DNA from: Chloroflexota bacterium
GTDB taxonomy: Bacteria; Chloroflexota; UBA11872; VXOZ01
Assembly (NCBI GenBank): GCA_964291655.2
Contig: OZ219802.1
Span: 960,001 to 1,024,000 of the forward strand
Direction: 5' to 3'
DNA length: 64,000 nucleotides
Both the position numbers and the translations under genes were made by a program. This document shows, piece after piece, positions 19,576 to 28,261 of the stretch; position 1 is the stretch's first letter, and the number at the start of each line of letters is the position of its first letter. Below the pieces are notes generated by a model, which saw only the letters and a list, made by a program, of their open reading frames with translations, was not told the origin of the DNA and did not search any database.

Positions 19576-19855
19576 AATGCCGGCTTCGTGTAAGCGAGGA
19601 CCGGCGTTGGGGGGTTAATGTCCGTGTCAAAAAGGACTTGCACCTCTTTGGCTTACTCTTCTTTGCTCGAGGGATTAACCCAACCGGGACAGTCAAGTCC
19701 CTTACCTGCGCTACAATGCATCATCGGCGGCTGTTACTTTGATAAACTGGCAATTGGTGGTTGCAATCACTAACCCACGTTGTTTCGTGCGAGCACCCAA
19801 CTCTTAAAATAAAACCGTTGCAGAATTGCCCTGACTTAGTAATTCGCTTCCGCCG
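19576..19855 (+). ncRNA. Candidate structured ncRNA or leader upstream of the reverse transcriptase
   Basis: Nested complementary segments CGGCGG/CCGCCG, TTACT/AGTAA, GGCAATT/AATTGCC with two internal hairpins, plus upstream stems. No ORF. Inferred from pairing only. Confidence 0.45.
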
Positions 19856-19913
19856 TACTTAGTTTCGGAGGGACGCAATTGTGGTAAGCAAAATTACATG
19901 AGGTGTTGCAACG

Positions 19914-21434
19914 ATGAGTGTTGACAAGGATTTCTTGCTAAATGCCTTATTGAAGCACAATTTCCTGCCAACTCAAAAGCGAGAGAAAGAGGAGATTCCA
20001 CAAATAATCACCTCAGGTGCATTCACAGAGTGTGTAGCAAGAAGACTTGCAGACTGCAAGGAGGCTCGAGCGGACCACCCTGGTTACGACACGGTCGAGT
20101 ACAGATTGACGCGATTCAACGGCGTGGCGCGGGTTTGCTCGATACCCCACCCTAAGGCCTATGCGACCCTTGCGTTGAGCATTGCCGAGAATTGGGAGCA
20201 ACTCAAGTACATATCAGAGAACACTGTCAGCAAGATTGTCCCAAGGAAACATGAAGATGGCAGGATCATCGTGATGGAGTACGAGAACCTGCCGAAAGCC
20301 CATCAAGCCTTAGAATACTCGTTTGGGCGCCACTTCATGGTGCGCACGGATATATCGAACTTCTTTCCCAGCATTTATTCGCACTCAATTCCTTGGGCGA
20401 CTGTAGGTAATGCCAAGGCAAAGAAAGCCATAGGAAAGAATTCCAAATGGTACAACAGTCTCGACCGCGCAATCCGAATGACTAAGAGAAGTGAAACAGG
20501 CGGTATTGCAATTGGCCCAGCTACTTCTAACATAATTGCCGAATCAATTCTCGCTCGCGTGGACTGTAAACTGGGAGATGAGTACACCTATACAAGATAC
20601 ATAGACGACTATACGGCATATTGCGAGAGCCACGAGAGAGCACAGGGCTTTGTACTATCACTTGCGGAAGAACTGAGCAAGTACAAACTAGCACTAAATA
20701 TTGGCAAGACGGAATTCATTCCGCTCCCACAAGCCACTGGTGAAAACTGGATTGTTGACCTAAAGAATGCTTTGCTAGATAGAGGCGATTTGTCCCCCGA
20801 AGGTGCGATCAACTACCTGGACTTCGCACTCCGTCTTTCGAGACAAACACCCGATGGTAGCGTATTGAAGTACAGTCTAAAGGCACTGCTTAGTACGGTT
20901 TTGGATTCAAGATTTGACGTAGATGGTGAAGTAGTGGACATTGTACTTCATTATGCTCTGAATCTATCGTTTCATCAGCCTGTCCTACTCCCACTGCTTG
21001 AAAGGCTTTTCGACGAAGCATTGTCGGTGGGGGGAGATTTTCGGCACAAAGATGAGCTCCAGGCCCTATTGTGTGAACATGTACGCCTACGCCACTCTGA
21101 TGCAATCTCTTGGATATTGTACTTTTCCGTCAAGTACGGAGTGCCAATACGAGATTGCTGTGCCTGTCGAATTGTGGAGCTTCAAGACTGCATACCAATG
21201 CTACTCCTAAGTCAATCTGGAGATGAGAGCCATGAGAATAGAGTTATCGAGTTCGCCAGGGGGTTAGAGAAGAGTAACCTATATGGGCTTGACCAACAGT
21301 GGCTGCTCCTGTATGAGTTGGTATTCGATGAAAGAATGGAAAACCCCTATCGGAAGAAAGATTCATGCGAAACAACCTTCGATATCATGAAGTCAGAGGG
21401 TGTGAGATTCATCAGGCCTCCGACCGTAACATAA
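19914..21434 (+). CDS. Reverse transcriptase, UG/Abi (defence-associated, Drt4-like) with helical C-terminal region
   Basis: IPHP, RTDISNFFPSIYSHSIPWA, GIAIGPATSNIIAE, YTRYIDDY, LNIGKT. No retron NAxxH/VTG motifs and no intron maturase or endonuclease domain. AT-richer than flanks. Subfamily is tentative. Confidence 0.88.
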   Translation: MSVDKDFLLNALLKHNFLPTQKREKEEIPQIITSGAFTECVARRLADCKEARADHPGYDTVEYRLTRFNGVARVCSIPHPKAYATLALSIAENWEQLKYISENTVSKIVPRKHEDGRIIVMEYENLPKAHQALEYSFGRHFMVRTDISNFFPSIYSHSIPWATVGNAKAKKAIGKNSKWYNSLDRAIRMTKRSETGGIAIGPATSNIIAESILARVDCKLGDEYTYTRYIDDYTAYCESHERAQGFVLSLAEELSKYKLALNIGKTEFIPLPQATGENWIVDLKNALLDRGDLSPEGAINYLDFALRLSRQTPDGSVLKYSLKALLSTVLDSRFDVDGEVVDIVLHYALNLSFHQPVLLPLLERLFDEALSVGGDFRHKDELQALLCEHVRLRHSDAISWILYFSVKYGVPIRDCCACRIVELQDCIPMLLLSQSGDESHENRVIEFARGLEKSNLYGLDQQWLLLYELVFDERMENPYRKKDSCETTFDIMKSEGVRFIRPPTVT

Positions 21435-21527
21435 CTACCATCACAGGATCCAAACCTAAACGCGTAGTATTGCGGTGTTCGGTGGATCTAGTCCGGAAGT
21501 CTTGTTCATATCGAGTGTGAGAAAGCA

Positions 21528-22091
21528 TTGAGTCTTTCCAACCCGCCTACAAAGACCCGGCGTCGCCGGTCGATTCGCCTGAAGGACTACGACTACGCGC
21601 AGGCAGGCGCGTACTTCGTCACCATCGTCGTCCAAAGGCGGACTTGCCTGTTCGGTGAGGTTGTGGATGCCAGCATGCGCCTGAACTAGACAGGCCAATT
21701 GGTGTCCGATGCCTGGCAGTGTCTTGGGACCCAATACCCTTACGTGGTATTGGACGAATATATTGTCATGCCGAACCATCTCCACGGCCTCATCATGATC
21801 ACTGACGAAACGCGTAGGGGCGGTTCGCGAACCGCCCCTACTTCGCCTGCGGTTAAACGCAAACCCTTGGGACGCCTCATTGGCGCGTTCAAGACCGTCA
21901 GCACGAAACGGGTCAATCTCGCGCATGGTCTTTCCGCCAGTCCCTTGTGGCAGCGGAATTACTTCGAACACGTGGTGCGCAGCGAAGATTCCATGACTAA
22001 GATCCGCCAGTACATCCACGATAACCCGGCGCGCTGGGAACTCGACCGGGAGAATCCTTTGGTAGCAGGCATGCAACCAAGACGTAGTTGA
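21528..22091 (+). pseudogene. REP-associated tyrosine transposase (RAYT, Y1 HUH) with in-frame TAG
   Basis: RRSIRLKDYDY, YFVTI, TAG at 21687-89, VMPNHLHG (HUH), LIGAFK, WQRNYFEHVVR, YIHDNP. Confidence 0.88.
21814..21841. repeat. Perfect 28-bp palindromic REP inside the RAYT coding sequence
   Basis: GTAGGGGCGGTTCGCGAACCGCCCCTAC, identical copy at 22117-22144. Confidence 0.95.
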
Positions 22092-22116
22092 CCGCATTGG
22101 GTGCGGCTGTATCCCG

Positions 22117-22385
22117 GTAGGGGCGGTTCGCGAACCGCCCCTACCTTTGCCAGCAAGCAAACGCATGCCTCTGGGTCGCCTCATTGGCGCATTCAAGACG
22201 GTAAGTAGGAAACGGGTGAATTGTGCCTAGGGGCTCTCCGGCAGTCCCCTTTGGCAGCGCAACTTCTTTGAGCACATCGTGCGCAGCGAAGATTCACTGA
22301 TGAAAATTCGTCAATAAAAAAACGATAACCCGGCGCGCTGGAGATTCGATCGGGAGTACCCATTGGCAGCGCCATAGGAACCAGG
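22117..22385 (+). pseudogene. Degenerate duplicate of REP plus RAYT 3' half
   Basis: After the second REP: KRMPLGRLIGAFKTVSRKRVNCA*GLSGSPLWQRNFFEHIVRSEDSLMKIRQ*KNDNPARW, paralogous to 21857-22040, with stops. Confidence 0.85.
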
Positions 22386-22480
22386 GGTTGTGACCGCCTC
22401 TGCGGAAGCCAACGCCTAACGGCGCGCCTGCTTGCCTGACTGTCCGGTGGCAGAGGTAACCTGTGTCGTCAGTCTACGTC

Positions 22481-22518
22481 TTGTACTTTTTCCTCTAACT
22501 AGTCTAGTATAGACTAGT
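22481..22518 (+). promoter_or_regulatory. Putative TA promoter with palindromic operator
   Basis: TTGTAC-18-TAGTAT overlapped by the perfect inverted repeat ACTAGTCTA-GTA-TAGACTAGT (22498-22518). Confidence 0.6.
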
Positions 22519-22561
22519 ACACAATTGGTGAGTGGCCTCTCAGTTCCAAAGGAGTCTGCAT

Positions 22562-22840
22562 GTGAAAGAACCGGCTACCCAGCGTGTTTGGACCGTGGCG
22601 GAGGCCAAGGCGCGGCTTTCTGAAATCCTGCGGCTCGCGGAATCCGAAGGGCCGCAGCGTATCGGCGCCAGGAAAGCCTTCATCATAGTGCCGGCCCGGG
22701 TCTGGGCCGAGAAGGAATCGCAGCGCAAACCGCTCGGTCGCTGGCTGATCGAGAATACGCCGCGTGGGGCTGAGCTTGCAATTCCCAGCCGCCGCGAGCG
22801 TGGACGCACAATCCCGTTTGTCAACGAAGCAGACGAATGA
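22562..22840 (+). CDS. Phd/YefM-type antitoxin
   Basis: WTVAEAKARLSEILRLAESEGPQRI. GTG start after AAGGAG. ATGA overlap with the toxin. Confidence 0.8.
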   Translation: MKEPATQRVWTVAEAKARLSEILRLAESEGPQRIGARKAFIIVPARVWAEKESQRKPLGRWLIENTPRGAELAIPSRRERGRTIPFVNEADE

Positions 22841-23256
22841 GCGGCTACCTCCTGGACACAAACGTGGTCTCGGAGTTAGCAAGGCGGATTCCACACCCGG
22901 CCGTTATTCGTTTCCTGGACACGCAGGATGACCTTTGGCTATCGGCTATCGTCCTGGGAGAGCTTTCGTTGGGCGTTCACCTTCTCCCACATGGCCGCCG
23001 TCGCGATAGCTTGAGCGACTGGTTGTCACAATTTATAGCGGACTTCGACCAGCGTGTATTGCCCATCGACCGGTGGGAAGCCGAGCGAGCCGCTGCGTTC
23101 CAGGCACACGCGCGCCGAGAAGGTAGAGTGTTGCAACTGGCCGACGCGCTCATCGCGGGAACGGCAGTGACGAACGATCTGACGATAGCAACGCGGAACG
23201 TCAGGGATTTCGATGGCCTGGACGTTGCCGTTATCAATCCCTGGGATGTCCCATGA
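22837..23256 (+). CDS. vapC: PIN-domain VapC toxin
   Basis: YLLDTNVVSE, LGEL, DALIAGTA, ATRNVRDF, INPW. Confidence 0.92.
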   Translation: MSGYLLDTNVVSELARRIPHPAVIRFLDTQDDLWLSAIVLGELSLGVHLLPHGRRRDSLSDWLSQFIADFDQRVLPIDRWEAERAAAFQAHARREGRVLQLADALIAGTAVTNDLTIATRNVRDFDGLDVAVINPWDVP

Positions 23257-23486
23257 CTGCTTTCACCACAGCCGCTTTAAGACTGGCGTTGGCCTCCCCC
23301 TATTCCTGACTTCTGCTGGGTCGAGTGAGACCGTCGATCCTCTTCCCCTTCCGTTCAGGACACGCCACACCGTCACGCCGGTACGTGTGGGAATCTTCCC
23401 ATAGCCCTATAGTTGCGCACGTCAACCCGCTATGAATGATTAAATGCAGAAAGGCAAGAAAACCCGATAAACACCCCAAAATTCCC

Positions 23487-23540
23487 TTGACACCCCTATA
23501 TGTTGTTTCCTATAATTTCCTCTACACCAAGATATACCTT
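23487..23540 (+). promoter_or_regulatory. Sigma70 promoter of nrdJ with tandem NrdR-box-like sites
   Basis: TTGACA(23487-92)-18-TATAAT(23511-16). CCCCTATATGTTGTTT (23493-508) and CACCAAGATATACCTT (23525-540), 32 bp apart, resemble the acaCwAtATaTwGtg consensus. Confidence 0.75.
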
Positions 23541-23651
23541 CGTCGTGCCATTCAAATGGCACCGCTGCAACCACAAGGTTTCCTTGGATCCCTTAAAAAA
23601 CCTCCACTGCGCGAACCACGCGCTGCCGCATCCAGCGAGGAGAATCCAGCC

Positions 23652-26078
23652 ATGGCAGTCATTCACACCAACGGCAGAAGCACCAACGGTCAACCAATGG
23701 CCGAGCCCGAATCCGGCACCATGCTGGAAGGCATCCGGCAGAAGGTCTTTGCCGACAGATATACCTTAAAGGATGAGACCGGCGCTGCCTTGGAGCACTA
23801 TCCGGAGCAGATGTGGCAGCGGGTAGCACGCGGCATTGCCGCCGTGGAAGAAGAGCAGAACCGCGCTGCGTGGGAAGAGAAATTCTACCGGGCGTTGCAG
23901 GACTTCAAATTCGTTCCCGGCGGCCGCATCCTGGCCGGCGCAGGCACGGGCCACGAGGTCACTTTCTACAATTGCTATGTGATCCCCTCGCCGCAGGACA
24001 GCCGCGGCGGCATTCTGGAAAACCTGAGCGTGATGACGGAGATCATGGCGCGCGGCGGCGGCGTGGGCATAAATCTTTCCAGCCTGAGACCACGTGGTTC
24101 TTACATTCGCTCTGTGAACGGCACCGCCAGCGGGCCGTGCTCGTGGGGCGAACTCTACTCGGTGGCCACCGGCGACGTCATCCAGCAGGGCGGTTCGCGC
24201 CGCGGCGCGCTCATGCTCATGTTGGACGACTGGCATCCGGACATCGAGGAGTTCATCACGGTCAAGACCGACCTCTCCCGCATCAACCACGCCAACCTCT
24301 CCATCTGCGCTTCCGACTCCTTTATGGAAGCGGTCAAAGCGGACGGCAACTGGGACCTGGTCTTCCCGGACACGACCGATCCGGAATACGACGAAATCTG
24401 GAACGGCGACCTGGCCGCTTGGCGCGCCCTGGGAAAGGGCGTCACTGTGCACCGCACCGTGAAGGCGCGCGAGGTCTGGGCCAAGATCTGCGAAGCCGCG
24501 TGGCGCTCGGCAGAGCCCGGCCTGGTCTTCATGGAGCGTTACCAGAAGCGCTCCAACACCTGGTACTTCGAGCAGATTCGCTGCGTGAACCCTTGCGGCG
24601 AACAGGGCTTGCCCGAATGGGGCGTGTGCAATCTCGGGGCGATAAACCTCTCCGCGTTTGTGCAAGACGGCGTGATGGACTACGAATTGCTGGCCGAGAC
24701 GTCAAAGATCGCCATCCGCTTTCTCGATAACGTGATCGACGCCACGCCGTACTTCATAGAGGACAATAAACGCCAACAACGCGACGGCACGCGGCGGACG
24801 GGCCTGGGCACTATGGGGCTCGCCGACGCGCTCATCAAGATGAAGGTGCGCTACGGCAGCGAAGAGTCTATGCCCGTTGTCGAACGCATCTACCGCACCA
24901 TCCGCGACGCTTCCTACAGCGCGTCAGTCGATATTGCCAAGGAGAAGGGACCGTTCCCGGATTTCGAGTCCGATAGATATTTGCAGGGCTCATTCATTCA
25001 GCAACTACCCGCTGCCCTGCAGAATGAGATAGCAGCGCACGGTGTCCGCAACGGCGTGTTGCTTACGCAGGCGCCCACCGGCACGACGTCCCTGCTCTCG
25101 GGCGTGTCAAGCGGCATTGAGCCTGTGTTTGACTTTGCCATGAAACGCGTCGACCGCACCGGCGAGCACATTCTCTACCACCCGCTCTTCAAAGAGTGGA
25201 AAGACGCCCACGACGGCGAGCCCGTGCCGGATTACTTCGCCTCCAGCAACGACCTGCGTCCGGAGGAACACGTGCGTGTGCAGGCGGTCATCCAGGAATA
25301 TACCGACTCTAGCATTTCGAAAACCGTCAACGCGCCGAATTCCTATGAAGTAGCCGACGTCGAAGAGCTCTATACCCTGGCCTACGATCTGGGCTGCAAG
25401 GGTATAACCTTCTTCCGCGACGGCTCGCGCACTCCCGTACTCTCCCGCGTGGAGGAGAAGAAGGAAGAGGACGTTAAGGATGCCAACAAAGCTGCTGACA
25501 GCAATCAGGCAAGCAGCGCGGCGGTACCGATAGAGATGCACCCGCGCAAACGCCCGGCAGTGGTCGAAGGCGTGACCGTGAAGAAACTCACGGCCCGCGG
25601 CGAACTCTACGTGACCATAAACGCCGTCGGCGAAGGCGAGGACCGCCGTCCTATCGAGATATTCCTTACTCTCGGCAAAGCCGGCACGGCCGATCAAGCG
25701 TACCTGGAAGCGCTGGCGCGCTCGATCACGCTCGGTCTGCGGAGCGGCGTGCCGATCAAGGAGCACTACAAGCACCTGCGCGGCATTGGCTCATTGGACG
25801 TGATGGGAATCGGCCCCAACCGCGTGCTCTCGGTACCCGATGCCATCGCACAGGTGATCGCCGAGATCTACGAGATTCCTACCGGTACCAACGGCATGAA
25901 CGGCGCGGCGGCCACTGAAGAAGAATCCGTCGTGCAACTCGGCTTGGCCGGCGCCCAGGCTGCAAACCCGACTCGCGAAGCGCGGCATGGCGAGATTTGC
26001 CCTGACTGCGGCGCGGCCGGTGTGGTCTACGAAGAAGGCTGCGAGAAATGCCTCGTCTGCGGGTACTCACGCTGCTAG
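23652..26078 (+). CDS. nrdJ: Class II (adenosylcobalamin-dependent) ribonucleotide reductase
   Basis: PGGRIL, FYNCYV, QGGSRRGA, NPCGEQ, CNLG, APTGT, SISKTVN, TSCPD-like region, C-terminal CPDCG..EEGCEKCLVCGYSRC. No beta-subunit gene nearby. Confidence 0.92.
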   Translation: MAVIHTNGRSTNGQPMAEPESGTMLEGIRQKVFADRYTLKDETGAALEHYPEQMWQRVARGIAAVEEEQNRAAWEEKFYRALQDFKFVPGGRILAGAGTGHEVTFYNCYVIPSPQDSRGGILENLSVMTEIMARGGGVGINLSSLRPRGSYIRSVNGTASGPCSWGELYSVATGDVIQQGGSRRGALMLMLDDWHPDIEEFITVKTDLSRINHANLSICASDSFMEAVKADGNWDLVFPDTTDPEYDEIWNGDLAAWRALGKGVTVHRTVKAREVWAKICEAAWRSAEPGLVFMERYQKRSNTWYFEQIRCVNPCGEQGLPEWGVCNLGAINLSAFVQDGVMDYELLAETSKIAIRFLDNVIDATPYFIEDNKRQQRDGTRRTGLGTMGLADALIKMKVRYGSEESMPVVERIYRTIRDASYSASVDIAKEKGPFPDFESDRYLQGSFIQQLPAALQNEIAAHGVRNGVLLTQAPTGTTSLLSGVSSGIEPVFDFAMKRVDRTGEHILYHPLFKEWKDAHDGEPVPDYFASSNDLRPEEHVRVQAVIQEYTDSSISKTVNAPNSYEVADVEELYTLAYDLGCKGITFFRDGSRTPVLSRVEEKKEEDVKDANKAADSNQASSAAVPIEMHPRKRPAVVEGVTVKKLTARGELYVTINAVGEGEDRRPIEIFLTLGKAGTADQAYLEALARSITLGLRSGVPIKEHYKHLRGIGSLDVMGIGPNRVLSVPDAIAQVIAEIYEIPTGTNGMNGAAATEEESVVQLGLAGAQAANPTREARHGEICPDCGAAGVVYEEGCEKCLVCGYSRC

Positions 26079-26617
26079 CAACGCAATCTCCAATTCTTTC
26101 CTCCAGCACCGGAACCACAATGAATTTCGGATCCGCAAGTGCAGAGTGAACAGGCTTCCAGGAATAGAGGAGGTGGTTACAAGCAAATTAGATCGAGGCG
26201 CTCGCACATGTAGGCGCAACATTGAGCGGTCAAACTGACGGCCTGGCGAATGAGCAAACGCGAGAGATCGGCTCTAGGCGTGCTAACCTGACTCACACAA
26301 GCCACCTGTCAGTCTAAGACTTTCGCACGTGTTCTCCCTTGAGAGCTCGACCTACCACACGTCTCCCTCACACCTCACTTCGACTACCTTCCCACAACCT
26401 TTCAAGTGCTGCGAAACGGCGCGCCACATCCCAACGGGCAGGACTCAAACAAGAGCGTACCCGTCGGTAGAGCGCCAAGTCGAGCCCGAAACACGCAGAG
26501 GACTGCTGCGCATCACTCACCCATGAGCATCGGTAGTGTGCGCCTCGAAGTGCTTCCTGCCAGGTGCGTCTGCCCATAGTTTCCTAGGTTCTCACGACGA
26601 TGGAAGGAGTAGCCTTG

Positions 26618-27043
26618 ATGGGCGCTATACGAAAGCTGTTTGCGATTTTCTTGATCGGCATCGCGCTCATCGTGGCAGTGCATTTTATCTTCAATTCCTT
26701 CTATCGAGAGGCTCTCGATACGGTCGATGTGTGGGGCATCTTGGACTGGCCGATTGCCGTCGCAATCGTGGTTGCGTTGGTCGTACACATGCAACGGAAA
26801 CTCGCTCTGGACCGGGAGTCGGCGCAGGCCGTAGATCGCAAATACGTGGAAGTCAACGTGGCGACGTACGCAACATTCTTCCTGGCCCTTTGGTTCTTCT
26901 CAAATTGGTTCAACTTTCTAAATTTCGGAACGGAAGGCGAGTCGACCGCAAATCTGGTTGTTTGGGCGATCGTTGACGCATTGGTCGTCTTGGTCTTGGG
27001 CGCAACCGGTCTCAGTCTCTGGCGCGAAGGCGATGCCAGCTAG
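26618..27043 (+). CDS. Hypothetical 4-TM membrane protein
   Basis: AAGGAG SD, four hydrophobic segments. Confidence 0.7.
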   Translation: MGAIRKLFAIFLIGIALIVAVHFIFNSFYREALDTVDVWGILDWPIAVAIVVALVVHMQRKLALDRESAQAVDRKYVEVNVATYATFFLALWFFSNWFNFLNFGTEGESTANLVVWAIVDALVVLVLGATGLSLWREGDAS

Positions 27044-27322
27044 GCCGCAAGAGAGCGAGCGGGGCTCACGCCGCCTTCCGGCAACTGTCCGCAAGTGCCA
27101 ATGCATTCCAGTGTACGTCTGGAGAGAAGCAAGAAAGCATATCACCTAAACTGTTCCCTTCTCACGTTAGCAGCGCGTCTCAGCCCCTGCTTTCAAGCCT
27201 TCGGCAGCGGTAGAGGCGCGTTGCGCTTTAAGCCGCGCCTTCCACCCGGAAGTAAGATTGGGAAGCCGCGGCCATCGAGGGGAAAAGAGTGATACCAACT
27301 TTGACAAGCGCTCGATGCGGGG

Positions 27323-28093
27323 TTACGAGGAAATGGCTAATTCCGCCAACGCTGCCGAAAGCGCGATATAGATTGAAAAGCCGGTATAGCCGAGCGTCGC
27401 AGTATACGTAGATTCAGTGCGTACACGTACCGCTGTCAAGAAAATGCCCATAGCCAATAAGGCCACCGCCGGCTGCCAATAGACGCCCTGCGCTGCGAGC
27501 TGCGGCAGGGCAAAGAAGACCGCGCAGAGCAGCCCACCTACCCACATGCCCAAACGGTCCACCAGAATCGGATAGCAGAACCCAAAGACGAACAGTCCGA
27601 CCAAGAGTGCAGTCAACGGCACGCTCACCGCATAGAGGAGAAGATCAAGACGAGAGAGAAAACCGGCAGTTGGTTCGAGCAACGGCAGTGGATAACCGGT
27701 CCTGCCAAGTGCGGCCCGCAACAGAAACGCCAGCAAGACGCCGAGAAGCACGACTACCGCAAGCACCCACACTGGATTCAATCGGGTAAACGCAAGTGCC
27801 TGCAACGGCGCCCCCTGGTAGCGGCTCGTTACCATACGGAACGCAAGACCGGCAGCGATTAGAATTGGAATAAGCAACGCCGCGGCCACAAGCGCGCCGG
27901 GGGCAAACAATGTGGCACGCACATTCTGCAAGCTCGCCGCGCCAATAAAGCGCAGCGGCGATAGTGCCGTGTAAAAGTCAAGCAGCACGCGGCTCAAGTG
28001 CGCCAAGACGAACCAAATCAACCAAACTGTTACCACTGAGCGCAAACCCCAGGGTAGCTTCTCAGTGTCGAATTGCTGCACTCCTGCCTTCAC
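27323..28093 (-). CDS. CPBP/CAAX (Abi) family-like membrane protein lacking catalytic residues
   Basis: Multi-TM. CPBP-like spacing, but LVGLFVFG replaces EExxFRG, FALPQ replaces FxxxH and GYTGFS replaces HxxxN. GTG start after AAGGAG. Confidence 0.55.
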   Translation of the reverse strand: MKAGVQQFDTEKLPWGLRSVVTVWLIWFVLAHLSRVLLDFYTALSPLRFIGAASLQNVRATLFAPGALVAAALLIPILIAAGLAFRMVTSRYQGAPLQALAFTRLNPVWVLAVVVLLGVLLAFLLRAALGRTGYPLPLLEPTAGFLSRLDLLLYAVSVPLTALLVGLFVFGFCYPILVDRLGMWVGGLLCAVFFALPQLAAQGVYWQPAVALLAMGIFLTAVRVRTESTYTATLGYTGFSIYIALSAALAELAISS

Positions 28094-28261
28094 TACGTGC
28101 TCCTTTTCACTTTGTGCCCGTTTTCCAAGGTCTTGCCCGCACCAGCGACGTTCGCCCCCGATCCGTGTCGATACGCCGTACCGGGAACGGGGCAGGCTCG
28201 GCACGAACAGAAGGGCCGGCACTCGGCACGAACGGTCTTCACGGCCACTGCCAACACCCTC

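Noticed and set aside
19914-21434. Retron, group II intron or DGR reverse transcriptase
   Set aside because: No NAxxH or VTG retron motifs, no YADD plus maturase or intron domain V, and no TR/VR pair or avd gene seen.
21687-21689. Pyrrolysine or readthrough at the RAYT TAG
   Set aside because: The position is non-catalytic, the neighbouring duplicate is also decayed, and there is no pyl evidence. A nonsense mutation is simpler.
21456-22196. 246-aa minus-strand ORF
   Set aside because: Antisense shadow of the RAYT. The repeated RGGSRTAPT comes from the palindromic REP.
23520-23651. Cobalamin riboswitch upstream of nrdJ
   Set aside because: No B12-box or conserved core recognised, and the NrdR-like boxes already explain regulation.
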